From NCBI GenBank assembly GCA_964016885.1, contig OZ024743.1, positions 3,596,001-3,660,000 of the forward strand: DNA of 64,000 nt, given 5' to 3'. The translations under genes were made by a program, and so were the position numbers. Below, piece by piece: positions 43,921-55,280 of this stretch (positions are counted from its first letter, which is position 1; the number at the start of each line of letters is the position of its first letter). The stretch comes from Eledone cirrhosa (lineage: Eukaryota). The notes below the pieces were generated by a model. That model searched no databases and was not told the DNA's origin. It was given only the letters and a program-made list of their open reading frames with translations.

Positions 43921-44367
43921 AATAAGGAGGAGGCAATAACAATAGATAGATAGATAGATATAGATATATATATAGATAGATATATATATATCTATCATAT
44001 ATATATATATCATATATATATCTATCATATATATATATATCTATCATATATATATATCATATATATATATATATATATAATACATATATTTTTCTTTTCA
44101 TGCGAAATCGCGCCTGATCGTCGGCAAATATGCGATAAACAGTTATGACATATATACATACATGTGTTTGCACAGATGTATGTATAGTAGTATTAGTTAT
44201 CAATACAATTTTCGTACACAGTTTCGCTAGCACGGCATAACACAAGCTTTCCTAGGTACCAGCGCATGGAGGTGACGTTGGTTCTGTCCCCTCTCTACAT
44301 ATTTTCACATACACACACAAACATAGGCGCGTATGTATGTATGTATGTATGTATGTATGTATGTATG

Positions 44368-44401
<34 letters not shown>

Positions 44402-44409
44402 TGTATGTA

Positions 44410-44679
44410 TGAATGTAAATCAGCAGGAGGGCTCAAGCGACATGCAAAAGTACACGAACTCCAACCACAGCCGACTATTCCCAGTGAATGTTTTGGTTGC
44501 CGACTCTGTGCAAGACATTTTAGATCATTGGCTGGGCTAAAAAGCCACATTCGATCGCAGCACTGTTAGTTGCTATCGTGTGTGTGTGTGTAGATATGCT
44601 TATGTGCGTGCGTGTGTGTGTATATATATATGAATATGTATATTATTATTATTGTTGTTGTTGTTATTATTATTATTGC

Positions 44680-44710
<31 letters not shown>

Positions 44711-44778
44711 GTTATTAATGTATGTGTGTGTATATGTGTGAGTGTATGTGTATGTATGTGTGTATGTATATATGTATG

Positions 44779-44815
<37 letters not shown>

Positions 44816-44952
44816 CTTTTTTTCTTTTCTTTTTTTTTTTTATTTATTTATTATTATTATTTTTTTATTTTATTTTATTTTATTTATTTATTTATTTATT
44901 ATTTTTTTCTCTCGTGCAATGGCCATACCCGATAACGAGGGGGCAGCCATCA
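44410..44952 (+). mobile_element. RTE-type LINE 3' end (C2H2 zinc-finger tail) broken by microsatellites
   Basis: CKSAGGLKRHAKVH...CRLCARHFRSLAGLKSHIRSQH* with no splice context; RTE-like terminal stem-loop GGCCATACCCGATAACGAGGGGGCAGCC before (ATGT)n. Confidence 0.55.
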
Positions 44953-45125
44953 TGTATGTATGTATGTATGTATGTATGTATGTATGTATGTATGTATGTA
45001 TGTATGTATGTATGTATGTATGTATGTGTATGTGTGCCCAAATCTGGAAGTATGACTCTTCCATTATTATTCCATTGTAAATATGAATAAATCACAAGAA
45101 ATATATATCTATTTCCATTATACAG

Positions 45126-45239
45126 TATTTAATCCATGCAGCAAGAGACCTTGTAAGAATGGCGGTAGATGTGCCCGTCAAAGACATGGTTTCGTCTGTA
45201 AATGCCGACCTGGTTACATTGGTCGTTACTGTCAAAAAT
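45126..45239 (+). CDS. VWA-EGF protein, EGF exon 1
   Basis: TACAG|...|GTAAGT, 114 nt, phase 1-1: VFNPCSKRPCKNGGRCARQRHGFVCKCRPGYIGRYCQK. Confidence 0.95.
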
Positions 45240-45272
45240 GTAAGTAAAATATATTTTATATATATATATACA

Positions 45273-45563
45273 TAGTTGTCCCCCAGTATTGGCGGGGGTT
45301 AGGTTCTTAGAGCAACCACGAATATTGGATGTAGGCCATAAAAATGCCTACAAACGGCAAAACATAACGTAACATATAGGCCGGCAAATACGGTATATTG
45401 TTATTAATAATTTACCATTAAAAGATATATATTGTCACAAAAAAAGCCATACGAAATCACGGAAGATTCCGCGATTATGCAGTGGTTTCCACGAACAATT
45501 ATTAGTTAGGTACTAAGGAAAATCCCACGAATAATCGGGACCGCGAATGCTGGGGGTACACTG
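45273..45563. mobile_element. Tc1/mariner (Tigger-like) MITE
   Basis: Termini TAGTTGTCCCCCAGTATTGGCGG / CCGCGAATGCTGGGGGTACACTG are imperfect TIRs with TA flanks. Confidence 0.65.
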
Positions 45564-45861
45564 TATATATATATATATAAACACAAATGCATGCTACCTA
45601 AGGTTTTAAACATTGACCAACATAGGATATAGACATTCTATGTCTACTAGTTTAGTTATCTTCAGGCAAAACCAAGATGGTCAGACATATGAGAGGTAAT
45701 AATGTGATAATACATTTGATACAGTTATACCTATATATATATATATATATACAGTATTTTCCGTTGTGTTGTAATATAAATATTACACACAGTAGATTGA
45801 CAGCTCACGTAGAATTTGCTCGACGGTTCCAGTTGTAGTTCCAAAAGTAATCCGGAGAAAA

Positions 45862-46480
45862 ATAGAAAGATTTGAATGGATACAGTTTAGTTGAAAGGAA
45901 TTTATTGACACGTGTTTCTATAACAGTTACATAACCTGAAAACAGGTGCTATCTACAAAGTATTAGTTATGCAGACATTCAATATTTCAATGTTATTATT
46001 TACTGTCATTTCATCAGAATAAATTAGCTAAAACCCAAAGCTTTTCCAGGAGCCAAAATTTCTGCAAATTGTGTAATCTTGAGATTTATTACATAATCAC
46101 ACACAAGAAGAAATTGCTGAATAACAGAATTGAACGAACATTATTCTGCCGTCACCGAACTAAAACCCTTTTTTCCCACTACAAGCCGAATATTACATAA
46201 AAGAGGGACATCCCCCCAACTATATAAACCTCAATCTAGTTAGAAAAATATAAAAACAATCTCTTCTCAACATATATATGTATATTAATAACCTCAAATT
46301 ACCACACTAATAATGGAAAGATATGCTGATGAGAATAGGTGCAAAAATGCGATAATGAATGTGTCTAAAAGCGACTATAAGTATGTATATATATGTGAAA
46401 ATGTATATAAATAAGTAAATATATATATATATGTTTGATGTGTTTAGTTAGATGTAAGTGTATTCATGTATTAAAGTGCT

Positions 46481-46558
<78 letters not shown>

Positions 46559-47235
46559 CACATAGACTAGAGTATGTATGTATATATGTGTGTGTCTATA
46601 CGTGTGTATATAAAGATAAGTTGAGTATAAAAATGTATACACATGAACGCGTATGTATGTACATGAATACATGTGTGTATATATATATGTATGCATGTGT
46701 ATATGTATGTAAGTATGAACATGTTACTATGTGAATGCGAGTATATGTATTTTGTAGAGGTGTGCAAATATGTTTGTGTGCGAATGCGTGGGTGAAAGGA
46801 TACGTACACTTGATAGAAAAATTTAAGTCTGAATGTTAATTAAGTGCAAACACAAAACCAACCACGCATATCTTTACTATCTCTAATCCTTCTATAGATT
46901 TAGAAAAATAACCAATAATATATTCTATAATATGTCAAAACAACAGATGGGAATCTAATTACTCACTGCCACCAAAAATTCTCACTGCTATCAAAAAACC
47001 ACTCCCTCAACTATTCTTCTAACAACTTCACCCCTCCCTCCTAATATTCTCTATAAAAACCAAACAGGTCCTCAGTAATATTATTCTGATGAAATGACAG
47101 TAAATAATAACATTGAAATATTGAATGTCTGCATAACTAATACTTTGTAGATAGCAGCTGTTTTCAGGTTATGTAACTGTTATAGAAACACGTGTCAATA
47201 AATTCCTTTCAACTAAACTGTATCCATTCAAATCT

Positions 47236-47241
<6 letters not shown>
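45862..47241 (+). mobile_element. 5'-truncated Penelope-like element with inverted terminal (pLTR) repeat
   Basis: 161-bp inverted repeats 45862-46022 / 47081-47241. The interior encodes a GIY-YIG C-terminal tail (CKLCNLEIYYII..LLNNRIE..FCRHRTK) homologous to ORF 56296-56547. Confidence 0.85.
47081..47201 (+). ncRNA. Hammerhead with ~90-nt stem II (mirror copy at 45902-46022, - strand)
   Basis: TTATT-CTGATGA-AATGACAG...CTGTTATA-GAAACACGTGTC-AATAA; palindromic stem III ACACGTGT. Confidence 0.75.
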
Positions 47242-47288
<47 letters not shown>

Positions 47289-47324
47289 TATACACACCCT
47301 TTGAACTCTGTTCCCACACACTTC

Positions 47325-47359
47325 TCACCTGAGGAAGGGCTTATGCCCGAAACGTCGTC
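47325..47359 (+). ncRNA. Hammerhead-like motif
   Basis: TCAC-CTGAGGA-A-GGGC TTAT GCCC-GAAACGTCGTC; the stem I partner (GTGA) lies about 28 nt downstream. Confidence 0.5.
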
Positions 47360-47444
47360 CCCCACCAACACCCCACTCTCCAGAGCGTGAAATTAATAAA
47401 CATTCGTTGTACTGCCTCTCTGTTTTGTCCCTGTTCAAATTTTT

Positions 47445-47506
<62 letters not shown>

Positions 47507-47645
47507 TATAACTGTATATATATATATATCTATATATATATCTATATATGCTGTATATATCTATATATACTGTAACCATCGCTTGAAATCTAAATTTTCA
47601 TATTACAAACACTACCAGGATTGAACGCCTGTCTCCATCTCTGCA

Positions 47646-47697
<52 letters not shown>

Positions 47698-47810
47698 GAC
47701 TAATGAGGGTGATTACATATTTAGTTTGGGTTTAAATTTGTTAAATAGTTTTTCCTTATTTATTCTTTGTTGTTGACATACATACATACATACATACATA
47801 CATACATACA

Positions 47811-47844
<34 letters not shown>

Positions 47845-47886
47845 CAATATATTAACAAATGGAAACTATATTTATAAAACCATATT

Positions 47887-47952
47887 TATTTTATTTTACA
47901 TATTTCAAGGGCCACCAAGGCAAATTATGGTGCGCTTTCATCAGATAAAATA
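47887..47952 (-). ncRNA. Hammerhead in a short fold-back element (arms ~47845-47921 / 48035-48110)
   Basis: TATTTTAT-CTGATGA-AAG...CTT-GAAATATGTA-AAATAAAATA; same family as 10131. Confidence 0.55.
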
Positions 47953-48202
47953 CAATACAGATTAGTTTTATAAATAAATATTGACATACCCTGAAAAAAG
48001 ACAACCTTATCGGTTGGAGCTTCCTGGATAGTCAGCCTTGGTGGCCCTTGAAATATGTATAATAAAATAAATATGGTTTTATAAATATAGTTTCCATTTG
48101 TTAATATATTATATATTTACTCCAATAAACTGTTGAGTGCTTTATATCAGTTATAAAAATATTTTTAAGGTTGTTGTATCCCAACAAATTAAATATAACC
48201 TC

Positions 48203-48267
<65 letters not shown>

Positions 48268-48269
48268 GT

Positions 48270-48599
48270 ATATATAAAGAATGAATAATAACAGGTAGAC
48301 ATCATAAAAAGGTAATTTATTCCGTGTGCTTACAAATGTTTCCACGGTGGTACTACAGCCTAGTTATGCTATGTGCAAATTTACAAGAATTTGCAGAACT
48401 CAAATATCCAATGCTGTGACCACTGTATCCTCAGAGCAGAATGCAGTGGTCACAGCATTGGATATTTGAGTTCTGCAAATTCTTGTAAATTTGCACATAG
48501 CATAACTAGGCTGTAATACCACCGTGGAAACATTTGTAAGCACACGGAATAAATTACCTTTTTATGATGTCTACCTGTTATTATTCATTCTTTATATAC
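48270..48599. mobile_element. Fold-back hammerhead element (~160-bp arms)
   Basis: Arms meet at about 48430-48440, at the ribozyme core; (TA)n flank. Confidence 0.8.
48327..48438 (-). ncRNA. Hammerhead with ~85-nt stem II
   Basis: TGCT-CTGAGGA-TACAGTGGTCACAGC...GCTGTAGTACCACCGTG-GAAACATTTGTA-AGCA. Confidence 0.75.
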
Positions 48600-48734
48600 A
48601 CTCCGGAATACAGAAGGATCAGGAACTAAGTTTCTTCAACAATTCTTCCATAACTCGTAGAGTAACCTCTCACCGTACGTCAACCATATCCAGTGTAGTA
48701 ATTAACCACTACTACATCTTGGGTAATCCTATAC

Positions 48735-48798
<64 letters not shown>

Positions 48799-48902
48799 CA
48801 AGAAAGTAAGTGTTGGTAAAATCCAGTACTTCAGTATGTCCCAAGGCTCTGATACCATCAACACTATAAACACAGAGCTGGCATATCTAAGAACTGACTA
48901 AA

Positions 48903-48954
48903 TGCCTGATGAGGTCATAGCCATTCAATAGCTATCATCGAAATATATATAGCA
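48903..48954 (+). ncRNA. Hammerhead
   Basis: TGC-CTGATGA-GGTCATAGC..GCTATCATC-GAAATATATATA-GCA followed by AATAAA. Confidence 0.65.
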
Positions 48955-48986
48955 GTAAATAAAGGATTATGAGTTCATGCAATTGA

Positions 48987-49021
<35 letters not shown>

Positions 49022-49053
49022 GAAGTGGTTACACAACAGATAGTTCACCATAC

Positions 49054-49091
49054 CGAGAACAATTGTTTCGCCTTAGCAGATCCTCAGCTCG
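49054..49091 (-). ncRNA. Minimal hammerhead, weak stem II
   Basis: CGAG-CTGAGGA-TCTGCTAAGGC-GAAACAATTGTT-CTCG. Confidence 0.6.
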
Positions 49092-49198
49092 TACCACTAT
49101 ATATATATATACACACCACCTTCACATCATGAATTGATTTGACAGATGTCTGAAACCCATTGATACCAAATTTTATTTGGTCAGTAGTTCGTGTGTAA

Positions 49199-49231
<33 letters not shown>

Positions 49232-49298
49232 GAAGGTTTAGCAAATAAGAAAAAGTTTTAAAATAAATTTTAAAAAGTTCACTGTACCTGGTGTAATT

Positions 49299-49382
49299 AC
49301 CCTTACGTACGGTTTCAAGTCTCAAAATAAATGGATAATCCATGCGAATATCCATTGAAAAGGAAGACTCTCGTCAGAGGGT
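49299..49382 (-). ncRNA. Hammerhead with extended stem II
   Basis: ACCCT-CTGACGA-GAGTCTT..AATGGATA..TATCCATT..GAGACTT-GAAACCGTACGTA-AGGGT. Confidence 0.75.
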
Positions 49383-49516
49383 TCTTTTCACTCGGAGAAT
49401 ATAAAATTCCCGAGTTCAAATCAGGAACAGGCGCTATTCAAAATTGTTCCCGAAATGAGAGTGAATGATATAGAAGCAATTCTGTCCAGTGCCGCGTGCA
49501 AAGATAGAAGGCAGAT

Positions 49517-49572
<56 letters not shown>

Positions 49573-49885
49573 TGTGTGTCTGTGTCTATATGTATGTTTG
49601 CATGCACAACATTTAGTAGAATGTACAACCACTGACTCCAGCCATTTGCACTATCGTATATTTTGGTTTCTAGAAATTCCCTGGGGAATTGGTTGACCAA
49701 GTGCTTTGCGAAATTGTTTTATTTATTTAGAAAATGTTTTTATTCTTTCTCTTAGATTTCAGGTATTTTTTGAAAGGAAAGCACTGGCCCCTAAAATACT
49801 ACAGTGGGCCCTGCAATGCTACTGTGGGCTCTTGCAATGTTACCGTGTAACGTTGCCACTGGGCAACCTGGCCAGTCCGTCACTG

Positions 49886-49935
<50 letters not shown>

Positions 49936-50308
49936 ATATATAAATAAACAAATTAACTCGAAAATAGAGTTTTGAGACGCGAGTGTAGTAGGATTCTCAG
50001 GAAAATGGAAAAACTCGGCGTATGGAAGCTGTTAGAACCGCAAAAACCGTCGAAGCAGCGTTGGGTAAAATATTACTTCGAAGAACAGAGATCAGCGGCT
50101 AGATGTGAGATGACTCGAAGGAAAGAAGAGAAGATAGGTAGGAGAAAATGGAATGGATGAAAGAGAAGAGGTAACAAACATTAAAATATGCTCTTCAGAT
50201 GTCAACCCTCTGCAGCTTTGACGAATTAATGAGAATACTGCGAAGAATAGGCGGCTCGTAACGGAGAAATAAATATCTTCATTCATATAGTGTTTGTGTT
50301 TGAACAGG

Positions 50309-50369
<61 letters not shown>

Positions 50370-51079
50370 GGATAACAAGTTATCGTTATACGTAATCCAG
50401 TTAGAGGTTGTAAGTACTCTGTGTTGTGGATAGTTTTAACGTACGGCGTTGTTTGACTCAACAAGAGGTTTCCTCAGTTAGGTAGCGAGTTCGTGAGAAT
50501 TCCCATGCAGGTTATTCTTGGAGTAATAATAATGAAAAATTGAAGAATAACATGGTCGGCTGTACAAAAAGGGTTTCATTTCTAGTATTAACAATTGTTT
50601 CATTGATCAGGTGAGTCTAAAGGCCGCTAATCACTCGAAGTTATTCCGATGATTTGATCAGAGGTAAACACTGTATTGAAGGTCGAGTGAGGCAACTTCG
50701 AGTGATTAGCGGCCTTTAGAACTCGAACTAATATACCCAATTTAAATTATAACAACAAAAATTGTAACATCGACTAGATAATCTGTGATCTTTGAGTTAA
50801 CTAAGAAATAAGTCCCTTTGTTGACAGATGGCCGTGAACCCATTCCACAGCTCTGTTGTCTGAAAATCACGACAAACATGCATTCTGATAGACATACATA
50901 CACACATACCCTCATATATATTCGATAAATATAATTCTACCTCGTTCCTCTGTCTCTGTGTGTGTCTGAACGTGTATGTGTCTTAGTGGTTCATTGTGTG
51001 TGCAAATTTCCTCTACCGTTACCCCATTGTAAATACGAAGATATCGCACGAAATTAAAATATTCGTTTCATTTACACAG

Positions 51080-51193
51080 TGAGTAATCAATGTAGAAAGA
51101 GACCTTGTAAGAATGGCGGTAGATGTGTCCGTCGAAGACATGGTTTCGTCTGTAAATGCCGACGTGGTTACGCTGGACGTTACTGTCATAGAC
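51080..51193 (+). CDS. VWA-EGF protein, EGF exon 2
   Basis: ACACAG|...|GTAAGT, 114 nt: LSNQCRKRPCKNGGRCVRRRHGFVCKCRRGYAGRYCHR. Confidence 0.95.
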
Positions 51194-51593
51194 GTAAGTT
51201 CAATATTTAAAACATCATAATTGTTGCCTCTGAGTTATCATTGAGTGCAAGATCTCACAGAAAAGATCCTTTACGTGATCACATGGTCTGCTAGTAATCA
51301 CACTCTAATCTTCGTTCAGCCACATGATTTAAAAAAAATGTTCAAATTACATAATGTAGACCGTAGCACGTAATTATTGAAATAAATTAATATAATTAAA
51401 TCTACCATTTTCTTGTGGCGTTGTATTTTTATAAGACGTAGTGCTGGGACCATAAAAGCGTCGGATTAAAAACACTCACAGCATTTATTCCGACTTCTTT
51501 TCATATCATATAACTATCACCCTTGCCATCCGTAGCAAACTTCATTCTCCAGTATTCGGTGGTTGAAGGCTGTACTGTCGTAGTGGCATACGG

Positions 51594-51909
51594 CAGAAGT
51601 CCTCAATCACCGGGCCGCGGACCGGTACCGGTCTGTTGATCATTTGCTACCGAGCTGCAAAGAAATAATTAATTTGTTTAAAATTATATAATAGATAAAT
51701 TGAATATTGGACTTTGATTTAAAAAGATTTGTTTAAATATCCAATATTTATATACTCAATACACTTTTTGTTCCCTTTAATAAATTGCTTTTTTAATTAT
51801 TTCTTTCTTTATAGAAATGCACTTAAATAACACATATGTGCAACTACCGGCCGGAAAGATTGTCCGGCATGAAGCCGGTCCTTGGTATAAAAAATGCTGG
51901 AGACCACTG
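51594..51909. mobile_element. hAT/Charlie-like MITE
   Basis: CAGAAGTCCTCAA..CCGGGCCGCGGACCGGTACCGGTC ... CCGGTCCTTGGT..AAAAA.GCTGGAGACCACTG; partial 8-bp TSD ending TACGG. Confidence 0.7.
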
Positions 51910-52276
51910 CTGTACGGTATACTCTGCGGTGTCTCTTTCGGCCACTTGAACCATACCCAAGACATGGGATATGTTTGACTTGAATGGATGCATGCACTCC
52001 TATTGACCTGCCTCTGCACCACCCAAGGAATGCATCTACCTGTGTCTGTTCTTGTATGTGTACGCCTCTTTCACGTGAAGATTTGTGCCTATGCATATAA
52101 GCATACACAATTTGTACGCCTACTCCCATGTTAGTTCTGCCTATGTTACTCCCTATGTAGGTCATGTCGTGCGCTCACACATACATTCACACACAGTTAA
52201 TGAACTGACTATTGCTCTTCAACTACAGAATAGTCTGACGCACATCTAAGAAATTACATCTATTTAATTTTTACAG

Positions 52277-52390
52277 GCATTAATCCATGCCACCGCAGAC
52301 CTTGTAGGAACGGTGGCAGATGTATAAGTAGAAGAAATGGCTTCGTCTGTAAATGCAGACATGGCTACACTGGACGTTACTGTACCATAG
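52277..52390 (+). CDS. VWA-EGF protein, EGF exon 3
   Basis: TTACAG|...|GTGAGT, 114 nt: RINPCHRRPCRNGGRCISRRNGFVCKCRHGYTGRYCTI. Confidence 0.95.
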
Positions 52391-52759
52391 GTGAGTATAA
52401 TATTTAACGAAACGCAAGGCATTGTCTTAGGTTTATTATAGATTGCTATAAGGTTTTCTTGCTATCTTTTAAGCCAACGAGAGATGGTTTACGTGATAAC
52501 ATATGATAGAAATAGCAGCCTAATTTTCCTGTAGCAATAGAGAATGTATCTCTGTCGCATAGTTCTTAATATTAATATATATATATATGAAAATGTGAGA
52601 ATCCAAAATGCAGTAAATACCTGTAACGGCCGTCAATCGGTATATACAATAGCTTAGAACATCGGGTAAAATAACCCATAAATAGAAAAAAAATGTGGCC
52701 AGCAGCCTCTATAGAAAATCTAACTCTATATCTCTCAAATAATCTTTGTATGGGTGTGT

Positions 52760-53120
52760 GAAGGTATTTGGCTTAGTGATGAAAGTGTTGTGATTTTAAT
52801 TGTGAGGTTGTCAGTTCGATTCCCGGACCGGGCGGTGCATTGTGTTCATGACCAAAACATTAAATTTTACGTTGCTCTAATTCACTCAGCGAGATAAAGG
52901 GATTGCAACGTTATTACTGCCAAGCTACATCAACCCTTAGCTCCTTGGATAACATCGGTGGCGCAGTGAAGGTAGCCAGGTATGCCCAATCTTGTGCCCC
53001 AGAGGGAAAACGTTATGTTGCAAAACACATGGTCATATAGAACAGGTTACCGGGGCGATTTAATTGACTTTCCTCTCCCGCAAATTAGTTGGCCTTGTGC
53101 CTAAAATCAGAAACCATTAT
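52760..53120 (+). mobile_element. Second tRNA-derived SINE family plus 3' tail of the main SINE
   Basis: TGGCTTAGTG A-box and GTTCGATTCCC B-box; tail GGCCTTGTGCCTAAAATCAGAAACCATTATT. Confidence 0.65.
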
Positions 53121-53159
53121 TACTCGATTGCTGATATAAATAAGCCACAACTATTTCAG

Positions 53160-53278
53160 TTAATCCATGCAGCAAGAGATCTTGTAAGAACGGTGCGATC
53201 TGTATCCGCCAAGGATATGGTTTCGTTTGTACATGCCGACCTGGTTACGTTAGACGTTACTGTGATAAATATATGTAG
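53160..53278 (+). pseudogene. EGF exon copy lacking the splice donor (pseudo-exon or alternative terminal exon)
   Basis: TTTCAG|VNPCSKRSCKNGAICIRQGYGFVCTCRPGYVRRYCDK. The homologous donor position reads ATATGT instead of GTAAGT; read-through gives YM-stop (TAG 53276-53278). Confidence 0.75.
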
Positions 53279-53855
53279 AATATTTAAATAATTATAACTA
53301 TTGCCAGAAATTTATCATAGAGTGCAACAAAGACAACTTGTAAATTACCAAAGAAAAGATCTCCTATGTGAGCGCCTGACCTGCTAAACATAACATTCGA
53401 ACACTATTTCAACCACACGTAATCGATCCGGAAAATTAAAAAGACTGCAGTACATAATGTAGCCCATGGAGAGTAATTCATGATAAGAATAATATAACAA
53501 CGAAACCGTCATGATTTGAATGCCGTAGATCACAGCTTATCTCAACTAACTTAGCATTTGTGTTAATCAACAGCAACAGAAAACCAAAAATAAGAACATC
53601 GACTACCATGAAACTTTCTAAATCACTATGCTCTGCCTTTAAGGCAAAGATTACAGCGTAGCGTTTCATTTGGTGGATTAGATTTATGTATGTAATCATT
53701 TATATAAACAGAAATGATCATAAGACCACGTTAGAAAAAAGTTAGAGATATTAAAAGACGCGTTCTCAAAAACTTGAGCCATCCTGTTGTATGTAAATTA
53801 AGAAGAAGTGCTAGAGTTAGTTGATTATGTGGTCAACAAACGGCACGTACGTGTT

Positions 53856-53896
<41 letters not shown>

Positions 53897-54092
53897 TGTG
53901 TGTGTGTCGTTTTGCATGTGCGTGCGTGCATCTGTGTGCATGCATATATCTTATATATAAATATGTTTTATATGTTTGTGTATGTTTGTAAAAATGTGAC
54001 ATTGCATGCATTACAAGCGTTTTTTATCCAACATTACGTCATTGTAAAAAAAAATATCGCGTCAAACTAACACATCACTTGCTTTTATATAG

Positions 54093-54206
54093 TGCGTAAT
54101 CCATGCACGAAGAGACCTTGTAAACATGGTGGTAGATGTGTCCGTAGAGGATATGGCTTCGTCTGTAGATGTCGAAATGGTTATACTGGACGTTACTGTC
54201 AGAGAT
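54093..54206 (+). CDS. VWA-EGF protein, EGF exon (last seen; gene continues)
   Basis: TATAG|...|GTAAGT, 114 nt: VRNPCTKRPCKHGGRCVRRGYGFVCRCRNGYTGRYCQR. Confidence 0.95.
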
Positions 54207-54744
54207 GTAAGTAAAATATGTAAAGAATCTTTATTCATTGCCATGACTTAGTCATATGACTAAATTATATAAAGAAAATAACATACATATTTCGTTTATA
54301 GTATGACGGATTTAAAGACAAAAACCCAAAAAACAAAACGCAGTCGACTCGTGGTTTACTCAGAAGAGGATCATCTCTACCGTGATATAAGTCTAATTAC
54401 CCTTACCGGGTACCAAATGACCATACTTAAGATATATACTTATCATGGCAGATCTGGGCTAAACAACAACAAAAACAACGGTACCTTAACTGCACTTATT
54501 GTATATGAACCTGAAAAAAGAACGTTGATGTAGAAACTATAAATTGCCGGTTTATATGAATTGATTTCTGCACTCCGAGTTGATTCACGAAATAATCCCG
54601 TATACGCAACTGTACTGAAACACGTGTTAGTGATTCTCTTGCATCAATAGATATTTCTTCCATCTTCATTCAATCTTCAACAAATGTTGCCTAATTTTTC
54701 ATGATATCCTATCCCCCCCCTCTCTCTCTCTCTCTCTCTCTACA

Positions 54745-54897
54745 TAACGAAGGAGGTGTGGTAAGGAACCAGATGGACCATAACGCACCAGAGTACTCAA
54801 TACTTAGGGTAGTAGAGTGGGTAATAGGAAAATGTTTGACCCCGACGGCAGGGCTCATGCCGTTTCGACGGCTATTTCTGGACTCAGTCCAGAAATA
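54745..54897 (-). mobile_element. Fold-back family A copy with short hairpin
   Basis: Matches the 3197 copy; folds back at TATTTCTGGACT-C-AGTCCAGAAATA. Confidence 0.7.
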
Positions 54898-54899
54898 TA

Positions 54900-54944
<45 letters not shown>

Positions 54945-55049
54945 GTGATCAATATCTCCCGAGGTACTAAGTACCCACGGAAATATATAGGGTGTCTATA
55001 ATACAGTTGTTGTTCAATGGTATTAATTTGAGATACCAGAACTATAAAA

Positions 55050-55256
55050 TTGAGATGAGCAGAACAAACAAAATTTAAACAATCTTTCAAAATAAATTCA
55101 AAATACAATTTAAATATTTACCTATCCATATTGCCTCACAAAAAATTGGAAGAGGCGAAACCGTCGGTAAAAGCAATATGGATAGGTAAATATTTAAATT
55201 GCATTTTGAATTTATTTTGAAAGATTGTTTAAATTTTGCTTGTTCCGCTCATCTCA
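55050..55256. mobile_element. Short fold-back element with partial hammerhead
   Basis: ~80-bp inverted arms around GCCTC..GAGGC-GAAACCGTCGGTA; the CTGANGA half is replaced by the inverted copy. Confidence 0.6.
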
Positions 55257-55280
55257 TTATTATATATATATATATATATA

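Noticed and set aside
44333-44569. Host C2H2 zinc-finger gene exon
   Set aside because: No splice sites, begins inside a microsatellite, ends in a stop and is followed by an RTE-like terminus; better explained as a LINE tail.
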